Below the pieces are notes generated by a model. That model was not told the DNA's origin, did no database searches, and saw only the letters and a program-made list of their open reading frames with translations. 64,000 bases of DNA from Microbotryum violaceum. Taxonomy: Eukaryota. Shown in pieces: positions 51,003-64,000 of the stretch. How positions within the stretch are numbered: the first letter of the stretch is position 1; every line of letters begins with the position of its first letter. A program made the position numbers and the translations under genes. The DNA lies in the NCBI GenBank assembly GCA_001244265.2, contig CDLV01000007.1, forward strand, positions 682,001 through 746,000, in the 5' to 3' direction.

Positions 51003-53584
51003 TCATGTTCGACGAGGGACGAGGGAACCTTCGCAGATACCTCGGGCACGATGCCGGGCAAGGGCGTCTCCTCGAGCGAAACCTTTCCCACTGCGAGCAG
51101 AAAACAAGTACGAAGTGGTCAGCTCAATCCTTTGTCAAAATCCGAGGAAATCGAGTCGATGTACCAAGGGCAAGGGAAAGGCTTGTTGCCAGAATGGATA
51201 CGCTCGTGTCGTCTCAAATCATGCTGTCGAACGAAAGAAGCCTCACAGTCCTCGTAGGGGCACACGAACGGCTTGTCCTCGAGGTGGGTTTGAATGTGAC
51301 TCTCGATCGCATTCTTGCGAGGGAAGGTACGTTCGCACGAGTCCATCAGACAGAGATAGCGTTTGGATACCTTGACACCGTTATCATTAACGTGGGCGGG
51401 TACACTCTCGTACAGACTTTGGATGACCTCTTTGGGCAAAGATCCGGCTTGCCCATTGCCGCCCTTGGAGCTGTCGTCGTCATCATCGTCGTCGGATGCC
51501 GGTGTCTCGGAGCGGGAGAAGCGAGGGAGTTGTGGGATCGGAGGGGACGACAGGTGAAACGACGATTGATGTTGTTCTTGCGGCGAATTGAGCGACTTGG
51601 GCTTGGGGCCGGGTCGCATGCGGCGAGTGGACAAACACGGCGCAGAAGCGACGGTGCGCAGTCTCTTGTGCGGTGAAGGGGAAGTAGCTGCGGCGGCGAT
51701 CCGAGTGGCTCGAGGTGTCACCTCGTCGCCGAACTCGTCCTCATCCTCGGATACGTCCCCGCGTCCTCGCTTTTCCGGTGTCGAATACCCCGTCGACGCT
51801 GCCGAGATGCGTTCGTACATGTCCTCCAACGACTCGGGATTGTTGACGTTGCTGTTGATCACGTTCGCTTCGTGGTACGGAGGGATGGACATGGTCGTGT
51901 CGACCGAGTTGATGTACTGGGCGTGCTGGTGGGCGAGTTGGGTTGTCTGCGCTTGTGATGGTGGTACGCTGTGGGCCCACATCATCGGGACGCCTTGACC
52001 CTGACTTTGGTATCGCGAAGGATAGGAGTACTTTGCTTGCTGGCCATAGACCGGTCCGGTCGAAAGCTGGCGCGAGTGCATCGGCGAACGCGGGCCGGGG
52101 CTGACCAGAGCGGGGTCCAGCGACTCGTGGCGGGTCGGAGCTCCTCCAGCATGATAGGTCGCGCATCGCTGTCGACTCGCCGATGGAGGCGCCATCGCCA
52201 TCGGCAACGAGTAAGCGCTCTCCATCGAAGGTGCCGAGAGCATCGACGGTGCTTGCATCATCGAGGACGAGGACAGATGGCTCGGGCTCCCCCAGTTGTT
52301 CATATCAGGCGAAGCACCTGAGCGAGACGAGTTGGAAGGCGAAGAGAAGCCAGAGTCGTGCGCAAAGGAAGGCGTCGGCAGCGAGGCTTGGTAGTCCTGT
52401 CCATCGTTTTGCGGGAAGCCGTTCCCCATCCCGATGTTGCCGTCGGCGGAGAGCAAGTCGTTGGCGAACTGGTACGGGCTCTTGCGCACGTCGATCTCGT
52501 TGACAGAATCGACCGCAAGGCCGTAGCTGTACAGGTCGGAAAAGCTCAAGGGCATGATCGCTGGATCGGCGGACTGCGCGAGTGCCTCGTCGAGGGGCGA
52601 GTTGAAGGGAACGTTCGGGATCACAAAGCTGCTCGAGTGGGACGAGACGGGTGTCAAGGGTTCGCCACCGTACTGCTGCGCTTTGGCTGCGGGAGAAAGT
52701 GCCGAGCACGACTTCGCCTTGTTCAACGACTTGAGTGTGAGCTGCTTCCGTGGTCGTCGGCCTGTCGCTGGTGGTTGGGCTTTACCAGCGGGAGGTGGCG
52801 AACCAGGGAAGCTCGTCACTTTCGACTTGGATTTGGTTGGTGATGGTGCGGCAGCCGGTTCCGTTGCCTCTGCTGAGTCCTCTTGTGCAGACATTGTGGT
52901 CGGCTGGTACGCCGGGCCCATTCGCGATCTTGATCGAGCACCCTCGGTCACGACCGCCGTTTCAGGGTTGGCGTAATCGCCGAGCTCGAGATCGTTGCCG
53001 AGCCCAGGTATCCCAATGCCCATCCCGGTCATGCCCCCCATGTTGTCACTTCCCGTCGATACGGTCAAGTAGGACGAACTTCGTGCCGCCAGACTCGATG
53101 TGCGCGGTGCCAGATTCGTCAAGGGAGTGTGGTCATGGGTGAAGGATCCGCTCGGTACGGGCGAGTCGATCGCTATCGTCGTGGACGGATCGAGTCTCGG
53201 GTTGCCACCGATCAAAGGCGAGGTCAAGTATCCACCTTCTGAGCCGATCCCCATCAATTTGGTTTTCATTCGACCGTCTCGATCCATCGACTTGATTGGC
53301 ACGAAGGGCGAGTTGAAAGGCGAATCGGGATCGTAGGCAGGGTAGCTCCGCGGAGACGCGCCCGAGCTGGGCCCACCAGACATGTGCGAGTAGTGCGTCG
53401 GGTACGAGGACGGGTCATGGCTCTGGTAGCTGTTGTGGTGCTGTTGCTGCTGCGGGTGATGCGGTTTCTGGTGGTGCTGGAAGCGAGGCGGCTGGTTGTT
53501 GTATTGCGTCGCACCACCGGTTAGATGAGCGTGGCCCGGAGCCGAGCGGTGATCGTAGCGTGGGGAGTCGACGTAATAGGCCAT
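51003..53584 (-). CDS. C2H2 zinc-finger transcription factor (Ace2/Swi5-like finger array)
   Basis: CLMDSC..HIQTH-LEDKPF-CPYEDC..HERIH-SGNKPF-CPCGKGFARGDALARH..RGIC; long disordered N-terminus. Confidence 0.85.
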
Positions 53585-56046
53585 TGGACGGGCTCCTGCA
53601 CGGGTCGAGCGGGCGCCGATGACGATGACGACGGCGACGCGAGTCAGTACCGATGCACACGAGGTACTAAGAGTGAGTACTAGGTGGTACACGCTACCAC
53701 TCACCTCTATGTTCAAGAGTGAGCGATTAGGGCACACGTAGGATCGAGCCGAAAGATGGGCAGAGAGCACGCTCAGACCCTTTCTGCGGAGTCGCAGTCG
53801 CCGCCCAAAAGTTGAATGAAGAAGGGAGCTCGATGGGCCTGCAGGGGTGGTGCGAGCGCTCGGGGGATATGATGGGGGTCGGAGTCCGAGTCGAAGGGCT
53901 GGGGGGTCGCTGCTGACCGCAGTGAAACGAGACGATGTTCGAGGGGTGGTCGAAGGTACCCGATGATGATGTGGAAGAGTAAAGGACGAGTGTCAACGAG
54001 ATGCTTATACGCAGGACGGGCGAAACGTTAAGCGGGACAGAGCAGAGCACCCGCCGGTGGTCGAGCTCCAGATTTAGGACGAAAATGGAAAGAGCGCCCT
54101 TCTGTCCAGTCCTCCCTGCTCCGCGAGGGCGTGCGCGCGTGCAGAGCGTAAATTAGCGAGCGAGCTCGAGTCGACGTGATTGCTTTCATATGGGCGACGT
54201 ATTACAGTGGGCTGTGGAACCGTCTGCAACCTATCGTCTTGTCCATTCTACGCCCCGGTAATAATGCTAAGGTCACCGCTGTAATGAATGTTCTTTTCGT
54301 GCGGGACACGTCGGCCAGGTATAGATTGCAAATTCGACCCTCGATTTTCAACTCGGTCGTGTCTACGGTTTCGAAGCAAGGCCCGGAGCTGGGACGATTT
54401 CCCAACATACGTGGGAACTACGAACTCCCGGACTCTTATAAGGGGCTAGAAAGAGGTCTGCAAATTGCGCAATTCGCTAATGAGCAGGATTTGCCTTACT
54501 GGCCGACCGCCCGCGGAAACCTTGTTATCGACCTCGGCCAGAAGGGAGGGTTTTTTAGGCTGGCTAGGGTTGTACGTCGGTCCAGGCTCCAGCTAGCACG
54601 GACCATGACAAGACTCATCGGTGGTGCGAATGTGAGCGTGGGGTCGCGACGCCTGGGTGGAAGAGTCTTTGCCGCTTGGGCCCATTTGGGATTCTGTTGA
54701 ACACAAAGTCAAAGATTGCGCCTTCAATGTCACGTCCCATGGCCAGGGGCTCCTCTCCCTCGCGGGTTCGGATCTGCCTGATTAGTAGGTAACCTGTCCG
54801 GAAATTCGAGAGAATTATTAGCTTATTGACCCACCTTTGTAAGAGCGCCGAGCAAATCTCCTTTACAGATCCCGAACTACAAGCTTGCTGAGGCGCGCCA
54901 GAGTTGGAGCAAGAGTCGAGGCTCTCTGATGAACCTTCCCGATCCAGCGTCGTTGACGGAGAATCTAAATGAGGCCAGAACGCTCCGGCGCCTTGGACGA
55001 GGGGGGATCTAGAATTTCCATGAGAATCGGCTTAAACTTCTTCTTCACCGTGCCGGTTCGGCTTGTGTAAACCAAAGCCGGTGGTCGGGTTTTAGGCTCT
55101 TTCCGATCGTCGATCGGCACATCATTCTTTTGTATCAAGCCTGATTAGATTTCACATCTACCAATCTTTCTTGAAAACGGGGGTTGGATTTATGTAAAGA
55201 GCCACTATCTCCATGCAGCCCCCACACTCCTAAAACCACCAAAAGTGTGATTCCAATCATGTGAGCACCAATCACCCTTCCTATTCCAAACTGGCGGTCG
55301 TGGAGCTGGACCGAGCGGTCGGTCGACGAGCAATCGGCTCACTGAAAGCGCAGCAGCGGTCGATCTTTGACAGCGACCCGAGCAGGGTTTCAAGAGGCCC
55401 TAGCGCAATCACCCTCGAGGTCCCACGATCCCATGAGTCTGAGGGACCTAGTTGACAGGGAAACCCAACTTCGGTGATTTGAAACATCGAAAGCTGAGAC
55501 CAGCAGAAGAAGCTATCTCGCTCGGTCAAAGGTTACTTGAAGACTCTTGCTTGCCTCACAAGAGAGCGTCAGCCCGCGCATTCGCTCGGCGCTAGGAAGT
55601 CGAGCCTTCGATTAAGTGTGCGATCGACTCTACAAATGTCTCCTTCTCTTCCCTCTCTCAAACGAAGCGATGGGTCGATAGAGCACCTTCTTCTTTTCTT
55701 GGGGTCGGATGTCATCGCAGCACCAACAGTTCCCACGCTGGCCTCTGATGGGCTTTATGAGACTTGAGACATGGTACTTGCAAGGCGCCCGCGCAATCCG
55801 GGTTAAGGTCCCCTAATGCCCGAGATGCGCGCTTGCATTACACCCCTTTGGCGATCAGACCGGACCCCCGGGCCACTGCGTGGCATGACGCACCACGACG
55901 GTTCGGCAGTTGGAGAGCTAGAGTACACCGAGGTCTCCGGGTGTCTTCGTTTTGCAATCATCATTTCAAAACAATGTAATAAGAATACAAGAGGTGGGCC
56001 CCTAACTCACCGATTGTCCACCCGTCGCATCACCTCAACGCCAGAT

Positions 56047-59008
56047 CTAGCGAGCTCCACCACCACCGCCTCCTCGATTCCCATAGCCATTATCCCTCGG
56101 TGGGGCATTATTGAACCCTCGTGCATTTCCCCTATCGTAGCCCAACCCTGTTTCACGATTTTGGTAGCCTGTTCGAGGTGGCCCATTGCCATAACGATCG
56201 TTTCCACCATCTCGAGGTCCTCCCAGTCCACCTCCTCCTCCACCCCCTTGTTGCAGTGCCAAACGAGAAGGATGGATGAACGATCCACCTCCACCACCTC
56301 CTACTGCTCCGCCATCCTTGCTTCGGTCAGGCGAAGGGGAACGCCTCTTTGTCGGGGGAGGCGATCGGGAATCGTCCCTTCCTCGACGCGGCGGTGGTGG
56401 CGACCCTCGTCGACGAGGCGGTGATCGCGAGTCATCGCGGTACCGCGATTGGGGAGGGGGCGACCTCGAATCGTAGCGACGACGAGGGGGAGGGGTCACC
56501 GAACGTGTGCGGGAACGAGAACGGGAACGAGAAACGGAACGAAAACGACGTCGAGGTGCGTTCGCGCTCTTGCCGTCCCAACGAACGGGGGAACGGGAAG
56601 GAGAACGGGACCTCGAAGAGTAGGACCGAGATCTTGAACGACCTTTCCTGGCTCCACCGCGACGACGCGAGTCATAAGAGGACGAGGACAGAGATGAGGA
56701 GGAGAGGGACGATTCGGACGAAGAGGTCGTGTCCGAGTCGGACGAGTCTTCAGCCTCCATCGCGCGACGCTGCTCGAGCATGATCTGCGGCGCTCGCTTG
56801 AGGTGCTCGCGCATCTCTTCGGTGACGGCACCCAAGCCGATTGAGGTGAAAAAGTTGATCGAGAAACGCGTGTTTTTGGGGTTGTCGATGGGGAAGATGT
56901 GCGTGAGGTAGGGTTGCATCGATTCCTCGGCGAGGCGCTCCTTCAGCTTCTTCAATCCCATCCCTTCCGTCACCTCCTGGAACATGATCTTGACAAAGAT
57001 ACGCGACGAGCTCGTCGTATCGTCCTCGTTCATCCTGATGTGTTCCAAGACGGACCACGCGATCGCATCCGTCGCCAGCAGATGCCCAAAGAAGCGCGCA
57101 ATGTTGCGCAGTCGGTTCGTCTCGTAGCGATGGATCGTGTCGTAGTAGGTCTGGAAGCATTGCTCGTACGCCTCAGTCCACATACGATTCAGCTTGGCGA
57201 AGCGCTCTCCCATCAAACCGTAAAACTTGCTGTAGGTGCGTTCCTGCGAGCAGCACTCGATAATCATGTTGCACATCTCGCCGGCCTGGTGATCGGGTAG
57301 GTGGATCCTCAACAGCTTGTGCACGGCTTCCTCAAAGTCGAGCGCGGACATGATCGTGAGGTAGATCGTGCGGCGCAAGTTGACGAGATTGACGCCAGTT
57401 TGATCATGCACGTCGACTGTTCCATCGGCCTTGATCCCATCGTCGGGCTCGTCTTCGCTGCCCTCCTCGTCACTGTCTTCGGTATCGCCATCCTCGGCCG
57501 ACTCGTCCTCGTCCTCCGAGTCGCCCAGAATATCGCGCTTCATTTCGGCATACATGACCTCATTCTCCTCATAGTTGGGATCAAACTTGAACACGTTCAG
57601 CATCTCGTGGACCTTGATATCGGCGTCGTCGAGTTCAATGTTGTGCACGATGAGATCGTCCTCCTCGACCAGATCGAGGCCCTCGCCGATTTTGGGATGT
57701 TGTTCGAACTTGTCGCGACGGACCTGGAATAGGACCTCGACCATGTATTGCACGCGCTTCGAAATGCTGCTCTCGTTTAGAATCTTGCGGAACTCGTCAA
57801 AGATCTGGTTCGTCGCGCGGGCCGACGAGTCGCTGAGGGTCGCACCGACCTCGCGCATGAAGGTGACGGCGATCTCGACCGAGTCGTCGGTCGGGTCCGT
57901 GAGCAAGGTGAAGAACATTTCGAGGGCCAATGCCTCCCATACGACCGAGTGGTTGACAAGATGGGCGATGAACATGGTCGTCGCGACGAGGGTCGCCTAG
58001 GACAGAGAAAGAGAGAGCACGGGAGGGGGGTCAGCTTGGGTGCGTCACAAGGGGTGCGGGCCCTCAGTGTTGCTTCTGGAGACCGACCTTGTCATTACGC
58101 TTGAGACTGCGCTTGAACTGGTGGATCAGTCGGTGCACCAGTAGTTCGCCGACCTGGGGCAGCTTGCTGTTGATGACGGAGACGAGCGAGGCAAAGACGG
58201 GGGTGAAGGGCAAGGACGACGCCTGGGCGCGCATGATGGAACGAGCAAACAGACCTCGACCACGTATCAGGTTCTCGCCAAAGATCTAATGAACGTCAAA
58301 GGAAGATAGATCAGGGTCTGCTCGAGTGCATTCTCGCCCACAAGAGGAAAAGAGATCGCGTGACATCACGCTCGGAGGAGGAAAGACCGAGTGAGCGAAC
58401 TTACCGTCGGTACGATGAGCTTGATGTTGGAGGCGGTAACCTTGTTGATGAGGCCGTTGAGGGACTTTCTCAGTGCCTCCCAGGTGAGGCGTTGGTACTC
58501 GGCCGAAGAGGCGTCCTTCTCGGCTTGTTGGGCGAGCATGGCCCTCAGTCGGTGCGGCGGGATGTAGGCTCCCCCGCCCTTGGTCGAGGCCATTTGCTTC
58601 ATCTCTTGTACGGGGTCGACTCGGTTCACGACAGCGTGTTCTGTGGCACGTTTGAGTTCGGCGTCGGCGAGGTCGAGGGCCATCTGTCGCTCGCGTTCTC
58701 GTCGTCGCACGGGGTCGCGGTCGTGAATGAAGGGCATCTCGATCGTCGAGGCCAGCGCGTCGAGAGCCGGGGGTGATGCATCTCGTTGTCTTCTTCGGTG
58801 AGAGGGCGGGGGAGGTGATCGAGAGGCGTCGGTCCTAAGAGAAGGGTGAGCAACAGAGGGTCCGCGTCACGGGTCAGTGTACGGAGCGAGCGAGGATGGG
58901 ACGACAGACGAACCTCTTGCGCTTGGCGGGTACATCGACCGGCTCCTGGGGTGAGGCAGGATGCGGAGACGGACTAGGACGATCCGTTGGCGAGGGTGAG
59001 CGACTCAT
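56047..59008 (-). CDS. CWC22: Pre-mRNA splicing factor Cwc22 (MIF4G + MA3, RS-rich tail)
   Basis: [73 protein letters not shown]. Confidence 0.95.
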
Positions 59009-59233
59009 CGTCGTCGTTTTGAGGGTTGGGGGATCGTGGGGTTCGGACGGCGAGCGGCGTCGAGTCGTTGTGCGGGTCGTCGCTGCTGAGGCTGGCTGAG
59101 AATGAGAATGATAATGAGAATTTGAATTCCCGTTCGTCTACAAAGAGACGACTTTTACCCTTATCGGGCGCGGCTGGGTGCGCCTGACCGTAAGCACAAA
59201 GCGCGCCGTCGACGCGCACGGGAAACCGAAAGA

Positions 59234-59324
59234 GTATTCACTCGCTAAATAATAACTAGTGCTCAGTTTATTCCTTTTGGCATTTTATTTTCTTTTGGCA
59301 AAGCAATAAATAAAAAACTAAAGC

Positions 59325-59362
<38 letters not shown>

Positions 59363-59748
59363 CTAAACATACAGAATAATTATTCGCCCAGGTTTCCGAA
59401 AGCTGGGCGCCATCTTAACAACAATTAGTTACTTTTACCCATAAAAGAATTTATAAGAAGAAGAGTAGAATTATCTATAAGAATATACATTATAAACCGG
59501 TTTTCGTTGCACAGCACCAGTTAAAGATAAGAACTCTCCTACTCAATTAATAGTTAGAGGTGTAGACATATTTCCTAGAATAAATAAGAATAAAATTAAA
59601 GAGAAAATAGGCATATACTGAATTAGACCACGGTAATATCTGATTTGTCTTGTATAATATCGATTGTATAGAACACCACCCAGACAGTAGAATAGGGCAG
59701 GACTAACAAACCCATGACCAATAGATAATAAAATTGCTCCCTCAATAC
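59234..59748 (-). other. nad4: NUMT: mitochondrial nad4 fragment plus AT-rich flank (left boundary approximate)
   Basis: Abrupt AT-rich block; IEGAILLSIGHGFVSPALF..LYNRY..GNMSTPLTIN(TGA=W)VGEFLSL reads through only in the mould mitochondrial code. Confidence 0.92.
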
Positions 59749-59853
59749 GGACCCTTGATCGTTTGCGCTTTCCCGCTGTTTCCCGGCTCGCTCGAACCAC
59801 TCTCCCGTCCTGTCACACCACTCGATCGGGCTCCTGCCGTCGCTTCCAAAGCG

Positions 59854-61584
59854 ATGATCGCCTTCCTCCTGAGGCAAGTACTCCCGACCTGGTCCACTTC
59901 GTCAGCGCAGACCCCAAGCTGACCTCATCTCCTCCACGGCACCTCCACCCACATCTCCGTGCCATCGATCGACTGCGCGCCTATCCAGCTCGGTCTTTCT
60001 GGTGTGGTACGTGGCCCTGTGGATCCTCGGATTCATTGGACTCTACGTCGCGTGAGCACATCTGCGCTTCATCCTCGCCCCTTCTCCAGTACTGACCCTC
60101 CTGCCTCCGAGCTCATTCAGCAAGACACGCTATGATGCATCCTCGCTCGCACCCCACCCGCACCCCACCAACGAGTCGACCAAGTTCAACCCAAACGACC
60201 CGAACTCGCACCAAACACGTTCCTCGCCCAGCCCCCGCGGCGTGTCGATCCTCCGTCCGCTCCGAGGTCTCGACACGAACCTCTACTCGAACCTCGAATC
60301 CTCCTTCCTCCAAGTCGCCTCGTCGCCGTTCGAGATCATCTTCTCCGTCGCTTCCCAACACGACCAATCCATCGTGATCGTACGAGCACTGCAAGCCAGA
60401 TACCCCCACGTCAAGTCCTCGCTCATCATCGGCGAACAGATCGTCGGCGTCAACCCCAAGATCAACAACCTCATCTCGTCCTATCGAGCAGCCGCATACG
60501 ACATCCTCTGGGTCATCGACTCGAACGTGCTCACCTCGATCCACACCCTCCAAAATTCCGTGCACCAACTCCACTCCCGTGGCGCTCAAGGTCGCGAGAT
60601 CGGCCTCGTCCATCACTTGCCCTTTGCGATTTACCCCGATCAAAACCTCGGTTCACGCGTCGAACAAGTTTTTCTCTGTTCGACCCACGCCAAGATGTAC
60701 CTCGCGATCAACTACCTCTCCGTCGCTTCCTGCGTCACCGGAAAATCGTGCCTCTACCGCAAATCCCATCTCGACCAAGCCGCGGCGAAGAAACGGGCCG
60801 ATCCGAAAAAGGGCCTCGTACTCGCCGAAGGGGAAGGCGGCTTGGCTGCGTTCGGCAAATACCTAGGCGAGGACAACATGATCGGCGAGGCGTTGTGGCA
60901 AGAGTTGGGCTTGAGACATGCGATGGGGGGTGATATCGCTGGGAACGCGGTCGGGTCCATGACGTTGGGATCGTACCTTCGGAGAAGGGTGAGGTGGATT
61001 CGCGTGAGGAAATACATGGTGGTGTGAGTCATCGCTTCGTCGGGGCAGAGCCCGTCTCTGAGCTGTACTAAAAACCCTTTCCCTTTCCCCCCTCCCTCAG
61101 AGCCTCCACCTTGATCGAACCCTTGACCGAATGCCTCCTATTGTCCATCCTCGCCGCCCTAGCCCTCCCCTACCTAATTCCTTCCCTTTCGGCATTCCTC
61201 ATCATACCCCTCCACATCACTCTCTGGTACACCCTCGACATCCTCATCTACAACGCCCTTTCACGATCCTCCCCCGCCGCTTCGACCAGGGTCGCTTCCA
61301 ATGGACCGGAACATGATGGACCGGGTGGGATCGCTTGGTTCAAAGCATGGTGGGTACGAGAAGCCTTAGCTTTCCCCCTTTGGGCTTTCGCGATGTTGGG
61401 GAATGAAGTTGGGTGGAGGGACGATGGCAAGGTCTATCGTGTGAGGAGGGATGGGAGTGTGGATTTGGTGAGGGACGGGGAAGAGTCGCAGCAGTGGGTT
61501 GAAAGGGGTTGGTCGTGGGTGAGTAACAGGTGGGGCGGGAAGAAGTATGCGACGCTGCCGGCGAGTGACGAGGAAAGTACATAG
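59854..61584 (+). CDS. GCS1: Ceramide glucosyltransferase (glucosylceramide synthase, GT21)
   Basis: N-terminal TM, GVSILRPLRGLD, GVNPKINNL, WVIDSNV, GKSCLYR, LGEDNMI, RRVRWIRVRKY. Confidence 0.93.
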
Positions 61585-61786
61585 ATTTGGGGAGGGGTTG
61601 TTCTAGCTCTGGACTGTCGGATAAATTATTAGGCTACGCCCCCAATAGGGGGCTTCATGCAAATTCGAGTTTGGTGGTGATGAACGCTCGACTTGCGAGT
61701 CAGCGTGAGCAGGGGATAATAGATACACGGTCTTACAACAATATGGCATGTAAATCCTCTACGAACTCGAATCCCTTCCTCCCTGG

Positions 61787-63617
61787 CTACCCAATCTCCA
61801 TCCTATCTTCCCCCCCAGCAAGCGTCGCCGTAGGTTCCTCGCCCTCTCCAACGACTCCACTCGTAGCCGCTTCAGCAAGCGGTATTGCTTCCCCACTCGT
61901 CGCTTCAGCCAACGTAGGGTTCGTAGGTAAAGGTTCAGGATTGGCAGCGACGTCCGTAGCGGCGACAGCGGCGGCTTCTTCGTCCGAACGACGTTTCTCC
62001 ATTTCGGCGACCGCTTTGGAATGCGCAGCGCGTTTGCCGTCCCGGTCCGCTGTGAGCTTCTTGATCGTGTCCTCGAAGCGTTTCTAGCATACGTAAAAGA
62101 GAACGAGGAAGTCAGTCTCACGCATCTCGGTACGGGATGTTTCACCGCATTGAGACATTGACTGACCTTGAAGATCGGATTCGCGGCCGTGCTAAGCTTG
62201 TTCTCCGAATCCGTAATCTTGCTCTCCAAATCCTTGATTTCCTCCAACAGCAACTTGATCCTTTTCTTTTGTTCAATCACCTCCGGATCGATCGCCTGTT
62301 CCTCATCGTCATCGTCGTCCGAACTACCACCGCCGAACAAACCGCCGGCGTCATCGGAATCGGAATCATCGTCTTCGGAGGAAGAGCGATCGATCGCTTC
62401 CATGCCTTTGTTGATCTCGTTCGCAAGGTCGGAATCATAGCCTGATCCAGCGCCGGCTTCATCGGCGTCGTCGTCATCGCGATCGCCATCGTCCATGCCT
62501 TCGTCGTCGTCTCCCGCAATGGACGAGGCACTGCCTTCTCGTCGTGGGGTTGGAGCACCTATCGACGACCCAACACCACCTCGATCGTCGTCATTGACGT
62601 TGTCGTATTCGTCCTCGGAGACGACGTCATGATCCAGTAATTCTACGCGGCGTGGTGAGGCCAGCACGTCAGACTAGGATTCTCAGCGCATCGTCATTTT
62701 GGGACGACAAGAATTACCATACTGGACCTGCTCAGCGGCTTGATCTTTTTCGAGAAGTTTCTCTACAGCGCTTTCCACGATCTCGATCGTCTGTTGTGGT
62801 GCAGCAGGGAGAACGATCAGTTGAGCTCGCGGCACCTCGAGGGGAAGGATCCATCCGAGCCCGAGCCCGAGCCCGAGCGGGCGCCTTCACGACGGTCACT
62901 TACCCTCTTGTTGATTCTTTTACGAAACCGACGTTTCCTGACGTGCTTGAGCGGTGGTGTGATACCATGAGGGTACGAAAAGTCCTCGATATTGAACGCC
63001 TCTTTGGTCACGTCGGCCTCATCCTGGATCTCGTCCTCGTCGACAAGTAACATCTGGCATACGTCCGCGATCTTGACCGTACCACCACCGGATCCGGTCA
63101 ATCTTTGACTCTCCAACAGAGTCGGTAAATCGAAGAGTTTGGACGAATAGGATTTGCCCTTGAGATGAAAGACGGCGCGTCTCGAGTCCTTGAACTTGAA
63201 CCACACGTCTTTGGGGTTTACCGTTCGAGCTTCGACCATCTCCCTCAACTGAGGAGCAAGATCCTTGGGCAACCTTAGGAGGAACTGTTCCTCCACTGCT
63301 AGAGGCACTTCCGGGTCCGAATCGAGTTCACGATCCCATCCTATTCCCGTCGCATCGTGGTTGACCGCGCCAGGTCGAGTCTCCTTCGTCGTCGCCGTTC
63401 CTGAGCCTAATGCACTTCCAGCTCCTTCCTGGTTCATCTTCAACTTAATTTTGGGTGCACTCGAGCGGGGCGTGTATTCAAACTCATCGTCCGAGCCCGC
63501 CAAGGCTTTGGACGTTTTGTGTCGTTGACGACGAGGTCGGGAAGCCGCCATGGTCGGTGGTGCGGTTGGGGGAAGCGAAGTTGAAGCTGAGGTGTAGTAG
63601 GCGCCTCCATCGTCCAT
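61787..63617 (-). CDS. TAF7: TFIID subunit 7 (TAFII55_N domain)
   Basis: EEQFLLRLP, FKDSRRAVF, DLPTLLES, KIADVCQMLLV, HGITPPLKHVRKRRFRKR; C-terminal coiled coil with NPIFKKRF. Confidence 0.92.
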
Positions 63618-64000
63618 CTTGGGCGAATGGGAAGTGCCAATCTTGCCAGAAGATTACGCGATCGACTGGCTCGATCCTAGTAGCGACACGAAGGCGAGAG
63701 AGAGAAGGAGCGACGGCTGACTTGATTTGACACTCGGGCTCGGATTTCGTCAAGTGTCCGAGCGGCCGCCAGCTCTCACTGCAAACAGCGGCATTTTTAA
63801 CTCACGGACAAAAATCGCTCCAGACGAGCACCCTCCTGCGAGTTGGGGTCGAACATTACAAAGAAAACGCGCACTTTTTCAACTGTTGCCTTCTTCGCCT
63901 CTGCTCGGTCTGAGAATGATCGCCGGACGTCGGACGCCGGCCCGCCAAAGGAGGGAAAGAGGTCCGTGCGCCATCGGACGCGCAAATGGAATCGCAAAAG

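Noticed and set aside
54060..55980. ORFs (e.g. 54176-54700) in the long intergenic region
   Set aside because: No coding signature; better explained as the upstream region of the zinc-finger TF and the CWC22 3' flank
59326..59360. A35 as the poly(A) tail of a retrocopy
   Set aside because: It is antisense to nad4, embedded in AT-rich sequence and lacks a TSD; more likely a homopolymer expansion

Overview
Intron-rich eukaryotic nuclear DNA of a basidiomycete fungus; a Pucciniomycotina/Microbotryomycetes-like yeast is an inference from gene style, GC-rich exons and short introns. About 21 spliced protein-coding genes: YME1-like i-AAA protease (5'-partial), eIF3 subunit L, V-ATPase V0 subunit a, glutamate 5-kinase, GSKIP-domain protein, RPS30, HAT1, ER-type DnaJ, CENP-C/Mif2, V-ATPase V1 subunit A (no intein), a stop-interrupted GNAT, a secreted GH23/SLT-like protein, CRAL-TRIO, Cu P1B-ATPase, Ecl1-like protein, an A-half-only 5-oxoprolinase, MAK5, a C2H2 TF, CWC22, glucosylceramide synthase and TAF7. 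The less gene-dense stretch at about 24-42 kb holds two non-autonomous DNA transposons (pogo-like and hAT-like) and an aberrant tRNA-like Pol III unit. Most notable: a duplicated Mif2 N-terminal kinetochore-binding motif with introns at the same codon position, a fissioned oxoprolinase, a mitochondrial nad4 NUMT in a divergent promoter, a 5-nt microexon, an intron-split start codon and three GC-AG introns. I found no clearly new multi-gene system. All calls come from reading motifs by eye, with no database searches; CDS coordinates are genomic spans including introns.
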